Shown piece after piece: positions 25,720 to 34,349 of a stretch of 64,000 nucleotides of DNA. Source of the DNA: Bacilli bacterium (GTDB taxonomy: Bacteria > Bacillota_I > Bacilli_A > RFN20 > CAG-826); contig JAZLKX010000025.1 of NCBI GenBank assembly GCA_045597865.1, positions 96,001 to 160,000 on the forward strand. Reading direction: 5' to 3'. The translations under genes were made by a program, and so were the position numbers. The notes under the pieces were generated by a model that searched no databases, was not told the origin of the DNA, and saw nothing but the letters and a program-made list of their open reading frames with translations. Each line of letters opens with the position of its first letter. The first letter of the stretch is position 1.

Positions 25720-26803
25720 AATTAAACATTTAAAGAAATCATTTGATGACAACACCGTTTTGAAAAACTTTTCTTTAACCATTGAACAAGGGGAAGTTGT
25801 TTCTTTAATTGGACCTTCTGGAACTGGTAAATCAACTTTAATACGATGTATTAATAAAATGATTGTTCCAGATGGTGGTGACATCGTAATTGATAGCGAA
25901 TCCATTTTAAGCAAGGAATACAACATTTATGAATTGCGCCGTAGAATTGGAATGGTTTTTCAATCCTACAATTTATTCTCGCATCTAACTGTTATTGAAA
26001 ACATCGTTATTCCCCAAGTTGATATTTTAAAAAGAAGTAAATCTGAATCTTATAAAATTGCAATGGATTTACTTAAACGAGTAGGATTACTGGAAAAATA
26101 TTTAGCTTATCCTGATGACCTTTCAGGTGGTCAAAAACAAAGAGTTGCAATTGCAAGAGCTTTAGCTCTTAATCCAGATGTAATTATGCTTGATGAACCA
26201 ACAAGTGCTCTTGATCCAACAACTGTAGGCGAGGTTGAATCAGTTATTTTAAAACTTGCAAAATCTGGTAAAACAATCATTTTGATTACTCATCAGTTAG
26301 AACTTGCAAAGAAGATTTCATCAAGAGTTATTTTTATGTCAAACGGCATGGTTCTGGAAGAAGGAACACCAGAAGAAATATTTGATAATCCTAAACAAGA
26401 ATTAACAAAACGTTTTGTGAGAAGCTTGAAGTGTTTAGATTTAAATATAAGCACTAAAACGTATGATTTTATTGAGAGTATTAATAAAATTAAAGTGTTT
26501 TGTAATAACTCTAATATTCCGTCTCAGGTAACTTATAATTTAATGCTCGCATTTGAAGAAATTGTACACAATCACTTAATTGATGAATTAGATACAGATT
26601 TGAAAATTCTTTATTCGTTAACTTTTGATGATAAAACAAATGAAATTTCCTTAGATATTTTCTATAACGGTAAGGAATTTAACCCTTTTGCTTTAAACGA
26701 TGAATCTATGAATCTCATTAAAAAGATTTTTGTATCAACATATGAAATCCCTAGGGGAAATGAGTATTCGAATAGATTGTCCTTAAGACTAAAATCCAAA
26801 TAA
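25709..26803 (+). CDS. GlnQ-type amino-acid ABC ATPase with ~125-aa C-terminal extension
   Basis: GPSGTGKS, LSGGQKQRVAIAR, LDEPTSALDP; ATG 25709 after AAGGAG. Confidence 0.9.
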   Translation: MKIEIKHLKKSFDDNTVLKNFSLTIEQGEVVSLIGPSGTGKSTLIRCINKMIVPDGGDIVIDSESILSKEYNIYELRRRIGMVFQSYNLFSHLTVIENIVIPQVDILKRSKSESYKIAMDLLKRVGLLEKYLAYPDDLSGGQKQRVAIARALALNPDVIMLDEPTSALDPTTVGEVESVILKLAKSGKTIILITHQLELAKKISSRVIFMSNGMVLEEGTPEEIFDNPKQELTKRFVRSLKCLDLNISTKTYDFIESINKIKVFCNNSNIPSQVTYNLMLAFEEIVHNHLIDELDTDLKILYSLTFDDKTNEISLDIFYNGKEFNPFALNDESMNLIKKIFVSTYEIPRGNEYSNRLSLRLKSK

Positions 26804-26826
26804 TTTAAATTAACTCAGATTTTGTC

Positions 26827-27282
26827 TCAATTATTTATATAAGCAGTAACTTCAATCTCAACTAACGCCCCTTTTGGAAGTTCGCCTACTTCAACACAAC
26901 TTCTTGAAGGATAACTGCCTTCTTTAAAGTAGGTTGAATAAACTGAATTCATATCATTAAAATCGTTCATGTCTACTAGATAGACAGTTGTTTTGATAAC
27001 GTTATTTAAATTTGTATTAGCAGCTTCTAAAATTGCTGAGATATTTTTGAAGACTTGAATCGTTTGTTCTTTTACATTTTCACCCACAAGTAATCCTGTT
27101 GTTGGATCTAATGCAATTTGACCTGATAAATAAGCTATGTTATACAAGATAACCCCTTGAGAGTATGGCCCAATTGCAGCAGGTGCATTTGGTGTAGAAA
27201 TTATTGTTCTTTCGGTATCCTTGGAACAACCTGAAAAACAAATAGTAGATGCAAATATAAGAGGTAAAAGTAATTTTTTCAT
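26827..27282 (-). CDS. RidA/YjgF-family protein with N-terminal lipoprotein signal
   Basis: APAAIGPYSQ, SGQI, YPSRSCV, LPKGALVEIE; start MKKLLL..FSGC with RBS TGGAGA. Confidence 0.85.
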   Translation of the reverse strand: MKKLLLPLIFASTICFSGCSKDTERTIISTPNAPAAIGPYSQGVILYNIAYLSGQIALDPTTGLLVGENVKEQTIQVFKNISAILEAANTNLNNVIKTTVYLVDMNDFNDMNSVYSTYFKEGSYPSRSCVEVGELPKGALVEIEVTAYINN

Positions 27283-27403
27283 TTTCGAAATCTCCATGCA
27301 AATATTATATATTCTTTGGATTTTGGGTTGCAATTAATTCAATAATCATATATAACAATGATAAGAAAAATAAATTTTCTAGTTGATGTTAGGAGGTATT
27401 GAC

Positions 27404-28456
27404 ATGAAATTAACAAAATTATTATTCTTAGCAGTTGCAGCTTCTTCGTTAGCTGGTTGCTCTTTTGGGGAGGAAGATGTTGACACAACACTTTATGAAC
27501 TTAAGATTACAACTAATTTAGATAAAGCTAGAGAAGGTATTAAAGCTGAACTTCGTGGCGAAAGAGATCAAGACGAAATCAATGCTCTTTTAGAAGCAGG
27601 TGCAAAACAAGAAGACATTGATAAAGCTGGCACATGTGTTGATGGAACTTATTATTTCTTTGATCAAGATCCAGTTAACTTATTTGAACCATTTCTTCCA
27701 GGTTATGAGTTCTTAGGCTGGTATAAAGGAAATGAGTTCTTAGGCTTTATGGATACAGATTATGACGGAAATCCAGATTATATCTGGAACATGGATAACA
27801 AAAACACAACTCTTGAAGCCAGATTTAAATTAGTAAACTATACCATCCAATATATGGATGATGGAATAGGTCCTGCAACATACCAAGAAAATCCAAAAAC
27901 ATGGAATGTTGAACAAGGCGAAGTTGAATTAGGTCACGCAGATAAAACAGATTCTGGATTGAAATTCGATGGATGGTCATTTGCAATGGGCGGTGGAGCT
28001 TTCTATGAAGGCTATGTTAGCAAACTTAACGAACAATTCTTGGCAGATTCAAAGGCTGCAAAAGTCAGTTCAAACGGCACAGGAGAATTAACTTTCTCAC
28101 TTCATGAAATGTATAGTGAAATTAAACATAATGTCAAACTAACATTTGATAATACAATCATTGATTATATTATTGTTGAAGTAACTCCAATCGGTGGACA
28201 AACTTATACAATTGAAGATGATACTGGTAACCATTTCCTTAGAAGTGGCGAGGTTTCAGCTGAAATTTCACATAATGCAAAGGTTGTTGTTATCCCAACA
28301 TTACATAACGATGAAGAATACGAAATTGATGGTATTTATTTCGGTTCCTACAAAATTAGTACTGAAGTTCCAGTTCGTGAAGGTTTATCAACCGGATACG
28401 AAATTAGCGCAAGTCAAGATGCAGAAGTAGTTCTTCGCGCAAAAGCAAAAGCTTAA
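27404..28456 (+). CDS. lipoprotein with InlB B-repeat-like segments
   Basis: RBS AGGAGG, lipobox LAGC, PGYEFLGWY and GLKFDGW motifs. Confidence 0.75.
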   Translation: MKLTKLLFLAVAASSLAGCSFGEEDVDTTLYELKITTNLDKAREGIKAELRGERDQDEINALLEAGAKQEDIDKAGTCVDGTYYFFDQDPVNLFEPFLPGYEFLGWYKGNEFLGFMDTDYDGNPDYIWNMDNKNTTLEARFKLVNYTIQYMDDGIGPATYQENPKTWNVEQGEVELGHADKTDSGLKFDGWSFAMGGGAFYEGYVSKLNEQFLADSKAAKVSSNGTGELTFSLHEMYSEIKHNVKLTFDNTIIDYIIVEVTPIGGQTYTIEDDTGNHFLRSGEVSAEISHNAKVVVIPTLHNDEEYEIDGIYFGSYKISTEVPVREGLSTGYEISASQDAEVVLRAKAKA

Positions 28457-28477
28457 TATAAAACATCTCTTATATTT

Positions 28478-28501
28478 AGCCAGTCAATGACTGGCTTTTT
28501 T
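28478..28501 (+). terminator. intrinsic terminator
   Basis: AGCCAGTCA/TGACTGGCT plus T-run. Confidence 0.85.
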
Positions 28502-28582
28502 ATTGCCTTGAATTGCATTCATACTAGGATTAAAATAATGATACGTATATTGGGAGGATGGTTTTAAAACCAAACAGATAAT

Positions 28583-29545
28583 ATGAAAAAGATTAAATAT
28601 GCTTTATTACTTCTACCAGTCTTTGCTCTTGTTTCATGCGGAAAAGATGAAGTTCATGTTTCAAGACCAAAAGAAGTAATTTATAAAGACTACGACGGTG
28701 ATTCAGTTTATACGGAGAAAAGAACATTTTCCTATGACAAAAAAGGTAATGTTTTAACTCAAAGTAGTTATGTTTACAACGATGATACAAAAGAGTTTGT
28801 TCAAAGAGGAAAATCTGTATTTGAATACGATAGTAAAGGAAACAATACATCAATTGTAAATTATGATTATGAAGATGGTGCAGAAAAAGTACACAATAAA
28901 ATTACGTTTACTTATTCTGATAACAAATTAGTTAAAGAAGAATTCTACGATATCAATGATTCTGGCGATCTTTATGTGATGGAATATTATGGTGATTATA
29001 CATATGATTCAAAGAATCGTTTAACTGGATACAATGAATATATGTATTTTAAAGATTCTCAACAGTTCGAAAAATCAGTAGAAAATACTTATACTTACAA
29101 AGGCGATATTGAGGAATTTGAAAAAATGGTTTCCAAAAACGTAATGGGTACTCCAGATAGTGACGTAGTAATCGAAAGAACTTTTGATGATAAAGGACGT
29201 ATTATCAAAGATAAAGGTACTATTGGATCATATTGCATGGCAGATTTATATACTTACACTGAAGATGGAATGGTTTCTAGTAATGGTACTTATAAAGTGA
29301 ATGTTGAAACTGGTTTATATTCAATCCTTTCAGTTTATGAATATGTTTACACAAAGAGTTTCTACACAATTGAAGAATCACACATGTTCTTTGATATTTA
29401 CACAAATCCAGGAACAATTGATGGTTTCAGCTATATCGAGTATGAATATGATTCAAAGATGAACGTTACTTCAAAGAAAGAATATCGTCTTAATATGGAA
29501 TCAAACGAATACGCTCTTGATAGTGAAGAAATTTATAGTTATTAA
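28583..29545 (+). CDS. lipoprotein with YD-like beta-hairpin repeats
   Basis: Lipobox LVSC; repeated Y.YD.KGN motifs. Confidence 0.75.
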   Translation: MKKIKYALLLLPVFALVSCGKDEVHVSRPKEVIYKDYDGDSVYTEKRTFSYDKKGNVLTQSSYVYNDDTKEFVQRGKSVFEYDSKGNNTSIVNYDYEDGAEKVHNKITFTYSDNKLVKEEFYDINDSGDLYVMEYYGDYTYDSKNRLTGYNEYMYFKDSQQFEKSVENTYTYKGDIEEFEKMVSKNVMGTPDSDVVIERTFDDKGRIIKDKGTIGSYCMADLYTYTEDGMVSSNGTYKVNVETGLYSILSVYEYVYTKSFYTIEESHMFFDIYTNPGTIDGFSYIEYEYDSKMNVTSKKEYRLNMESNEYALDSEEIYSY

Positions 29546-29560
29546 TTTTTAAATTAATAT

Positions 29561-29593
29561 AAAAAAAGGTACAGATTTTTGTCTGTACCTTTT
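29561..29593. terminator. bidirectional terminator
   Basis: AAAAGGTACAGA/TCTGTACCTTTT between convergent genes. Confidence 0.85.
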
Positions 29594-29600
29594 ATGTTAT

Positions 29601-31886
29601 TTAAATTGCTTGATACATAATGTAGAAGAATGAACCATAAGGTGTGTTTGTGAATGCCCAGTGTTCATTGTCCATCCAGTACCATTCTTTTTCTGAATAT
29701 TTAGCGTATGCTGAGATAAGATGAGATGTTTCTTCAGCTCCTGTATGAGCATTTATGAAACGACCACATGCTTTTTCTCCTGACCAACATTCATCTTCAT
29801 AATCACATTTATATTTATATTTATTTCCGATCTTGAAGTAGTTACCGCCTTCTGAGTTGCCATTCTCAATGCATGTTAATACAACATTGTCTGCAACTGT
29901 TAAATCTTTAATGCCTTCATATTCAGTAATGATTCTAGATGTGTCATCGCTAATCCAACCATCTTTTATCATGACCTTTTGAATTTCATAAGCTTTTGAA
30001 TCAATACCTTTATATTTGGTTAAATATTCAAGATAATTGGTTTCTGATTCAAGTCCTGCATTAAGAAGCATTTTATATCTAGTTAAGATTTTTGCAGATT
30101 GAGCATTATCGACAATTGGAGTTTTCTTGATATCAAATTTAGTTCTAGACATTGTTCCTTCGAAACGGTTGAACGAGTCGATCTTTTCAGTTAAGAATTC
30201 TTTTTTAAATTCTGGTGATTCTCCGCGATTTCTGAATTGGGTATTGTATTTAGACCAAACGAACGCTGAATCAACTTTATTAGATAAGATATAAGAATAA
30301 TTGTCAGGAAGACTCTTATTTGTTTTTTGATATGACTGAATAGTTTCAATAGCAATTTTGTATTGATCAGCCATTTCTTTTGTATTTATTTTAGCGTATC
30401 TACAAGCTATGCTTGTCATATCAACGAAACGTTCCATTTGAAGTTTGATATTTGCTATTATCTTTCTTACTTTTGCTTTTGTTTCAGAAGCGAAGTTATA
30501 AATGTATTTAACTCTATTGATGATTGAATTAAGAATTGATTCACCAGTTGCAACTCCTGAAATTCTTTTCATAAGTAAGATACATTTATCTAACATATTA
30601 GATGCATCGTTATATGCTTCAGAGCCATATTCACCAGAATGTTTTTGTTTTTCAAATTCATCAAGAATTGCAGATAAGTAGTCTTTACGATATTGTTCTT
30701 CTGTTAATTCGTCTTGAGGATAGATATTTGAAACATAGTTTTTGTGAACTGTATTAGCAATATCTTTTTGAAGTTCATCCATGAATCCTTCTCCAACGAT
30801 ATCGTTATGATCCTCCAAATACTTTTTAGCATTAGTCCATCCAAAGTTTTTGCCAATGAATATTTTTGTAAATGAATCATCATAATCAGCTTCGCATTGG
30901 GAGATTAATATTAATTTTCCTCTAGTGTTTCTCTTGTAATGAAGGCCTACCTTTTGAGGTTCTGCTTTAACGACTTCTTTTAGCTTTGTCTCAACGTATT
31001 GAGAATATTTTCTTTCGATTGTATCAATCGGATCAATATAGTCAGTCACAAAAGCGGTGATATCTTGTTGGTAAAGAGTTGCAAGAACTTTATCAATTTG
31101 AGCTTGTTCATAAACATGTTCATTAATAAGTTCTTTTTGGTTCTTTTGTATTTCTGCATTGATTTCATCAAGTTTCTTGTCCATGTCATCTAATTTATCT
31201 AAGACATCTTGAATTGATGGTTCTGCAGGCTTAACTGCATTAAAGAATGTTCCTAATAATCCATAAATTCCATTTGCTACAGAAACTGGATTTTCAGTCA
31301 TTCCACCAAGAATTATGTTTGCGATATACATTTCAATATTAAGACCAATGGTTGGATCAGTGTACTCTGCCGCAGATTCAATGTATGCATCTTCCCACTC
31401 ACCATCTTCTTGTTTGAATGTTCTAGTTGCATTTAAACTTTCATTCATTGCAGAGAAAGCATACAAGTTATCGATTGTTGCACTTTTATTTGTGAGTGTT
31501 CCATATCTTTCGTTAGGATTTCCGTCGAATGTAATTGTGAAGCCTCTTCCGATATCAGAAGAAACAAAAGTTTCTTTCTTAATCTCACAATTTTTAAAAT
31601 CTTCGTACGTATAATACTTTTTTCCTTTTATTTCTTTTAAATTATTAATGCTAAATAAGATGACATCATCTTCATTAATTTTTCCTTTAAAAGGACCAAA
31701 ATCATTATCAATTGTAAATTCGAATTTTCCATTTGTTTGTGAAACTTTATTTTCGAATTTTAAAATATTTTGATAATCAGATCCGTTAATATTCCATCCC
31801 TTTTCTTTTTCTTCTTCCTTGCTACATCCTACAACTGGAAGCGCCATAAGAGAGGATAATGATAATAAGAGTAATTTCTTTTTCAT
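29601..31886 (-). CDS. large lipoprotein with hydrophobic hairpin and coiled-coil helical region
   Basis: Start MKKKLLL..VVGC at 31886 with RBS AAGGAG; function unknown. Confidence 0.75.
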   Translation of the reverse strand: MKKKLLLLSLSSLMALPVVGCSKEEEKEKGWNINGSDYQNILKFENKVSQTNGKFEFTIDNDFGPFKGKINEDDVILFSINNLKEIKGKKYYTYEDFKNCEIKKETFVSSDIGRGFTITFDGNPNERYGTLTNKSATIDNLYAFSAMNESLNATRTFKQEDGEWEDAYIESAAEYTDPTIGLNIEMYIANIILGGMTENPVSVANGIYGLLGTFFNAVKPAEPSIQDVLDKLDDMDKKLDEINAEIQKNQKELINEHVYEQAQIDKVLATLYQQDITAFVTDYIDPIDTIERKYSQYVETKLKEVVKAEPQKVGLHYKRNTRGKLILISQCEADYDDSFTKIFIGKNFGWTNAKKYLEDHNDIVGEGFMDELQKDIANTVHKNYVSNIYPQDELTEEQYRKDYLSAILDEFEKQKHSGEYGSEAYNDASNMLDKCILLMKRISGVATGESILNSIINRVKYIYNFASETKAKVRKIIANIKLQMERFVDMTSIACRYAKINTKEMADQYKIAIETIQSYQKTNKSLPDNYSYILSNKVDSAFVWSKYNTQFRNRGESPEFKKEFLTEKIDSFNRFEGTMSRTKFDIKKTPIVDNAQSAKILTRYKMLLNAGLESETNYLEYLTKYKGIDSKAYEIQKVMIKDGWISDDTSRIITEYEGIKDLTVADNVVLTCIENGNSEGGNYFKIGNKYKYKCDYEDECWSGEKACGRFINAHTGAEETSHLISAYAKYSEKEWYWMDNEHWAFTNTPYGSFFYIMYQAI

Positions 31887-32057
31887 GTTTGTTGTCTCCT
31901 TTCGAGTACACCTATATTGTAAAGATAACAAAAATAATAGTGGTATTAGCAGTTTTCGAAAAAAATCCGTTCATATTAAAAATTTAACTTACAAAGTAAA
32001 TTTAATAAAATTTTATAAAACACTTGATTATTCGTTCATAAAATATAAACTATATGT

Positions 32058-33026
32058 ATGGATTTAATTAAAATAAAAGTTAATTTGCCAGAGAAAGTCT
32101 ATGCTGTTTTAGAAACCGACATGGAAGCTTTCGGGTTTTTAAAAGCAAATGGCACACCAAATAAAAACGGATATATAAATGCAGTTATCAAAAACTTCTT
32201 TAAGATGTTTGCGAGTAGAGAGTTAGAAGTAATTACCAAGATTAGAAATCAAATTCATTTAAAAGATGAAGATGTACCTGTGATTGCAAATATGTTTTTT
32301 GAAGAAAGATATAAAAAAGAAGGAAATTATACTAAAGATCTTCAGTTTATTATTCAAAAAGAAAACATTGATATTTACGATGAAATTATCGAGTTGTATT
32401 TGGCAAACAGAAGTGTTTCTCAATATTTTAGAGAAATGCTAATTTTGTTTACTTCCTATCCTATGGACAAAAGAGAAAGTATTTTGTGCAAAGATATTAT
32501 TTCAAAAGTTCATGTGGGCATAGATGAAAATAGAAAGGCTATTGTTTATCTAACTGATGGGACTAAAAAAACCATGGATTTGTACGGTATTTTTGGTACT
32601 GGAGAACAAATTTTCAATTATTTAATTGGTGTAGAATTGAATGGGAATAGACGAGAAACAGCAACCTATAGACTTAACAAAATTAAGAACGTTGTAATCA
32701 TACCGGATATGACACGCGTAATTAGTGATGAAGAAAAAGAAAAACTTGATCTTATGATTTATCAAGGCCCAATCTTTGCAATTAATGAAATAGTAGACGC
32801 AGCTATCGAACTTGATGAATATGGAATGACTTTATTTAGACTTTGGATTCATGATAGACCAAAACCATACAAGGTTGAAGGTAATGTCTACCATTTCAAA
32901 TCTTCGCTTAATCATATAGCAGTTTATTTCTATAAATTTGGAACAACTGCAAAAATATTATCGCCTAATAGTCTAAAAGAATTTATGAAGAAACGCTTCC
33001 AAGAAGCAGCAGATTTATATAAGTAA
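32058..33026 (+). CDS. WYL-domain protein with RHH-like N-terminus and WCX-like C-terminus
   Basis: FNYLIG...TYRLNKI WYL-type signature; FGTTAKILSPNSLKE WCX-type tail. Confidence 0.75.
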   Translation: MDLIKIKVNLPEKVYAVLETDMEAFGFLKANGTPNKNGYINAVIKNFFKMFASRELEVITKIRNQIHLKDEDVPVIANMFFEERYKKEGNYTKDLQFIIQKENIDIYDEIIELYLANRSVSQYFREMLILFTSYPMDKRESILCKDIISKVHVGIDENRKAIVYLTDGTKKTMDLYGIFGTGEQIFNYLIGVELNGNRRETATYRLNKIKNVVIIPDMTRVISDEEKEKLDLMIYQGPIFAINEIVDAAIELDEYGMTLFRLWIHDRPKPYKVEGNVYHFKSSLNHIAVYFYKFGTTAKILSPNSLKEFMKKRFQEAADLYK

Positions 33027-33043
33027 AGAAAGAAGGAAAACAA

Positions 33044-34291
33044 ATGGAAGAAGTAGAGAAAAGAATTACTTATGCCCCAAAAGAAGGTGACGCAAAACCA
33101 ATAGGCAACAGATTCTCAATTAGACAATCAAATGTCGAACTTTTAAGAATCATTTGTATGGTTTTAATTATTGCACATCACTTTTGTGTTCATACTGCTA
33201 TGACATTTGATCCAAATGTTATTTCATTTAATAGGATTTGGTATGATTTCTTATATACAGGCGGAAAAATTGGTGTAAATATTTTTATATTGATTACAGG
33301 CTATTTCTCTTTTAGAAATGTAACTTTAAAACTTGGAAAATTGTTCCAATTCTATTTACAGATATTCTTTTATTCGCTTATCATCTTCCTGGTATTTGCT
33401 GTAGCAAAACTGCCTGTTGGTGATAGCGGAAATTATGTATTTACATGGCGTAGTTTAATTGACAATCTTCTTCCGGTTACAGCTTCTGGTTGGTGGTTTG
33501 TTAGTGGTTACTTTGTAATTATTCTAATTTCTCCGTTCTTAAATTATTTTATAAACGCTATTTCAAGAACAGGTTTAAAGATTATTCTTATTATTACAGG
33601 TATTTTATTTGTTGTTATTCCAACAATTTATATTGATACAAACTTCTTTACTGCAAACTGGGATAGAAATCCTGTCATTTGGTTTGTATTCCTTTATCTT
33701 CTTGGTTCATATTATGGAAAATATGGATTTAGATTTAATGTTAAAGCAAGAACATTATTCCTTATATTCTTTGGAATATGTTTCTTAACTTATGGAACAG
33801 TAATTATATTTGATTTTGTTGGTATGAATAATCCATGGTATATCAATAATAATATGAATAAATATTTCTTTGAAATGCAAACACTTCCAATGCTAATTGC
33901 ATCTGTCTGTTTATTTGAAGCATTCTTAAAAATTGATATCGGATCACATAAATCAATTAACTTTATTTCTTCTTTAACATTTGGCGTCTATTTAATTCAC
34001 GATAACAAACTTTTAAGAGAACTTTTATGGAAAACATTTGTAAGAGATACTATTTTCACAAAATGGTTAAATGCACCAAATGTCGAAGCCTCTCCTTACT
34101 TTATTCCTGTTAGTATCGCATGCATCGCTGGTGTATTTATTGCTGGTGCACTAATTGAATATATTAGACTTTATTTAATTGAACCACTTTACATTAAATA
34201 TGTTAAAAAACTCGGAAAGAAACTTGATGATAAAGTAAATAATTACATCACTAAAGAAGGCGTTCCTGGAAACATTACTCAAATTAGTTAA
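33044..34291 (+). CDS. acyltransferase family 3 (OafA-like membrane O-acyltransferase)
   Basis: RQSNVELLRIICM..IIAHH, GVNIFILITGYF, WWFV..Y, TFGVYLIH; about 10 TMs. Confidence 0.9.
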   Translation: MEEVEKRITYAPKEGDAKPIGNRFSIRQSNVELLRIICMVLIIAHHFCVHTAMTFDPNVISFNRIWYDFLYTGGKIGVNIFILITGYFSFRNVTLKLGKLFQFYLQIFFYSLIIFLVFAVAKLPVGDSGNYVFTWRSLIDNLLPVTASGWWFVSGYFVIILISPFLNYFINAISRTGLKIILIITGILFVVIPTIYIDTNFFTANWDRNPVIWFVFLYLLGSYYGKYGFRFNVKARTLFLIFFGICFLTYGTVIIFDFVGMNNPWYINNNMNKYFFEMQTLPMLIASVCLFEAFLKIDIGSHKSINFISSLTFGVYLIHDNKLLRELLWKTFVRDTIFTKWLNAPNVEASPYFIPVSIACIAGVFIAGALIEYIRLYLIEPLYIKYVKKLGKKLDDKVNNYITKEGVPGNITQIS

Positions 34292-34298
34292 GTACATT

Positions 34299-34325
34299 AA
34301 AAGGCCATTGAAATGGCCTTTTTTG
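34299..34325. terminator. bidirectional terminator
   Basis: AAAAGGCCATT/AATGGCCTTTT. Confidence 0.85.
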
Positions 34326-34349
34326 TTGAAAATCTATTGGTTTTCTCGA

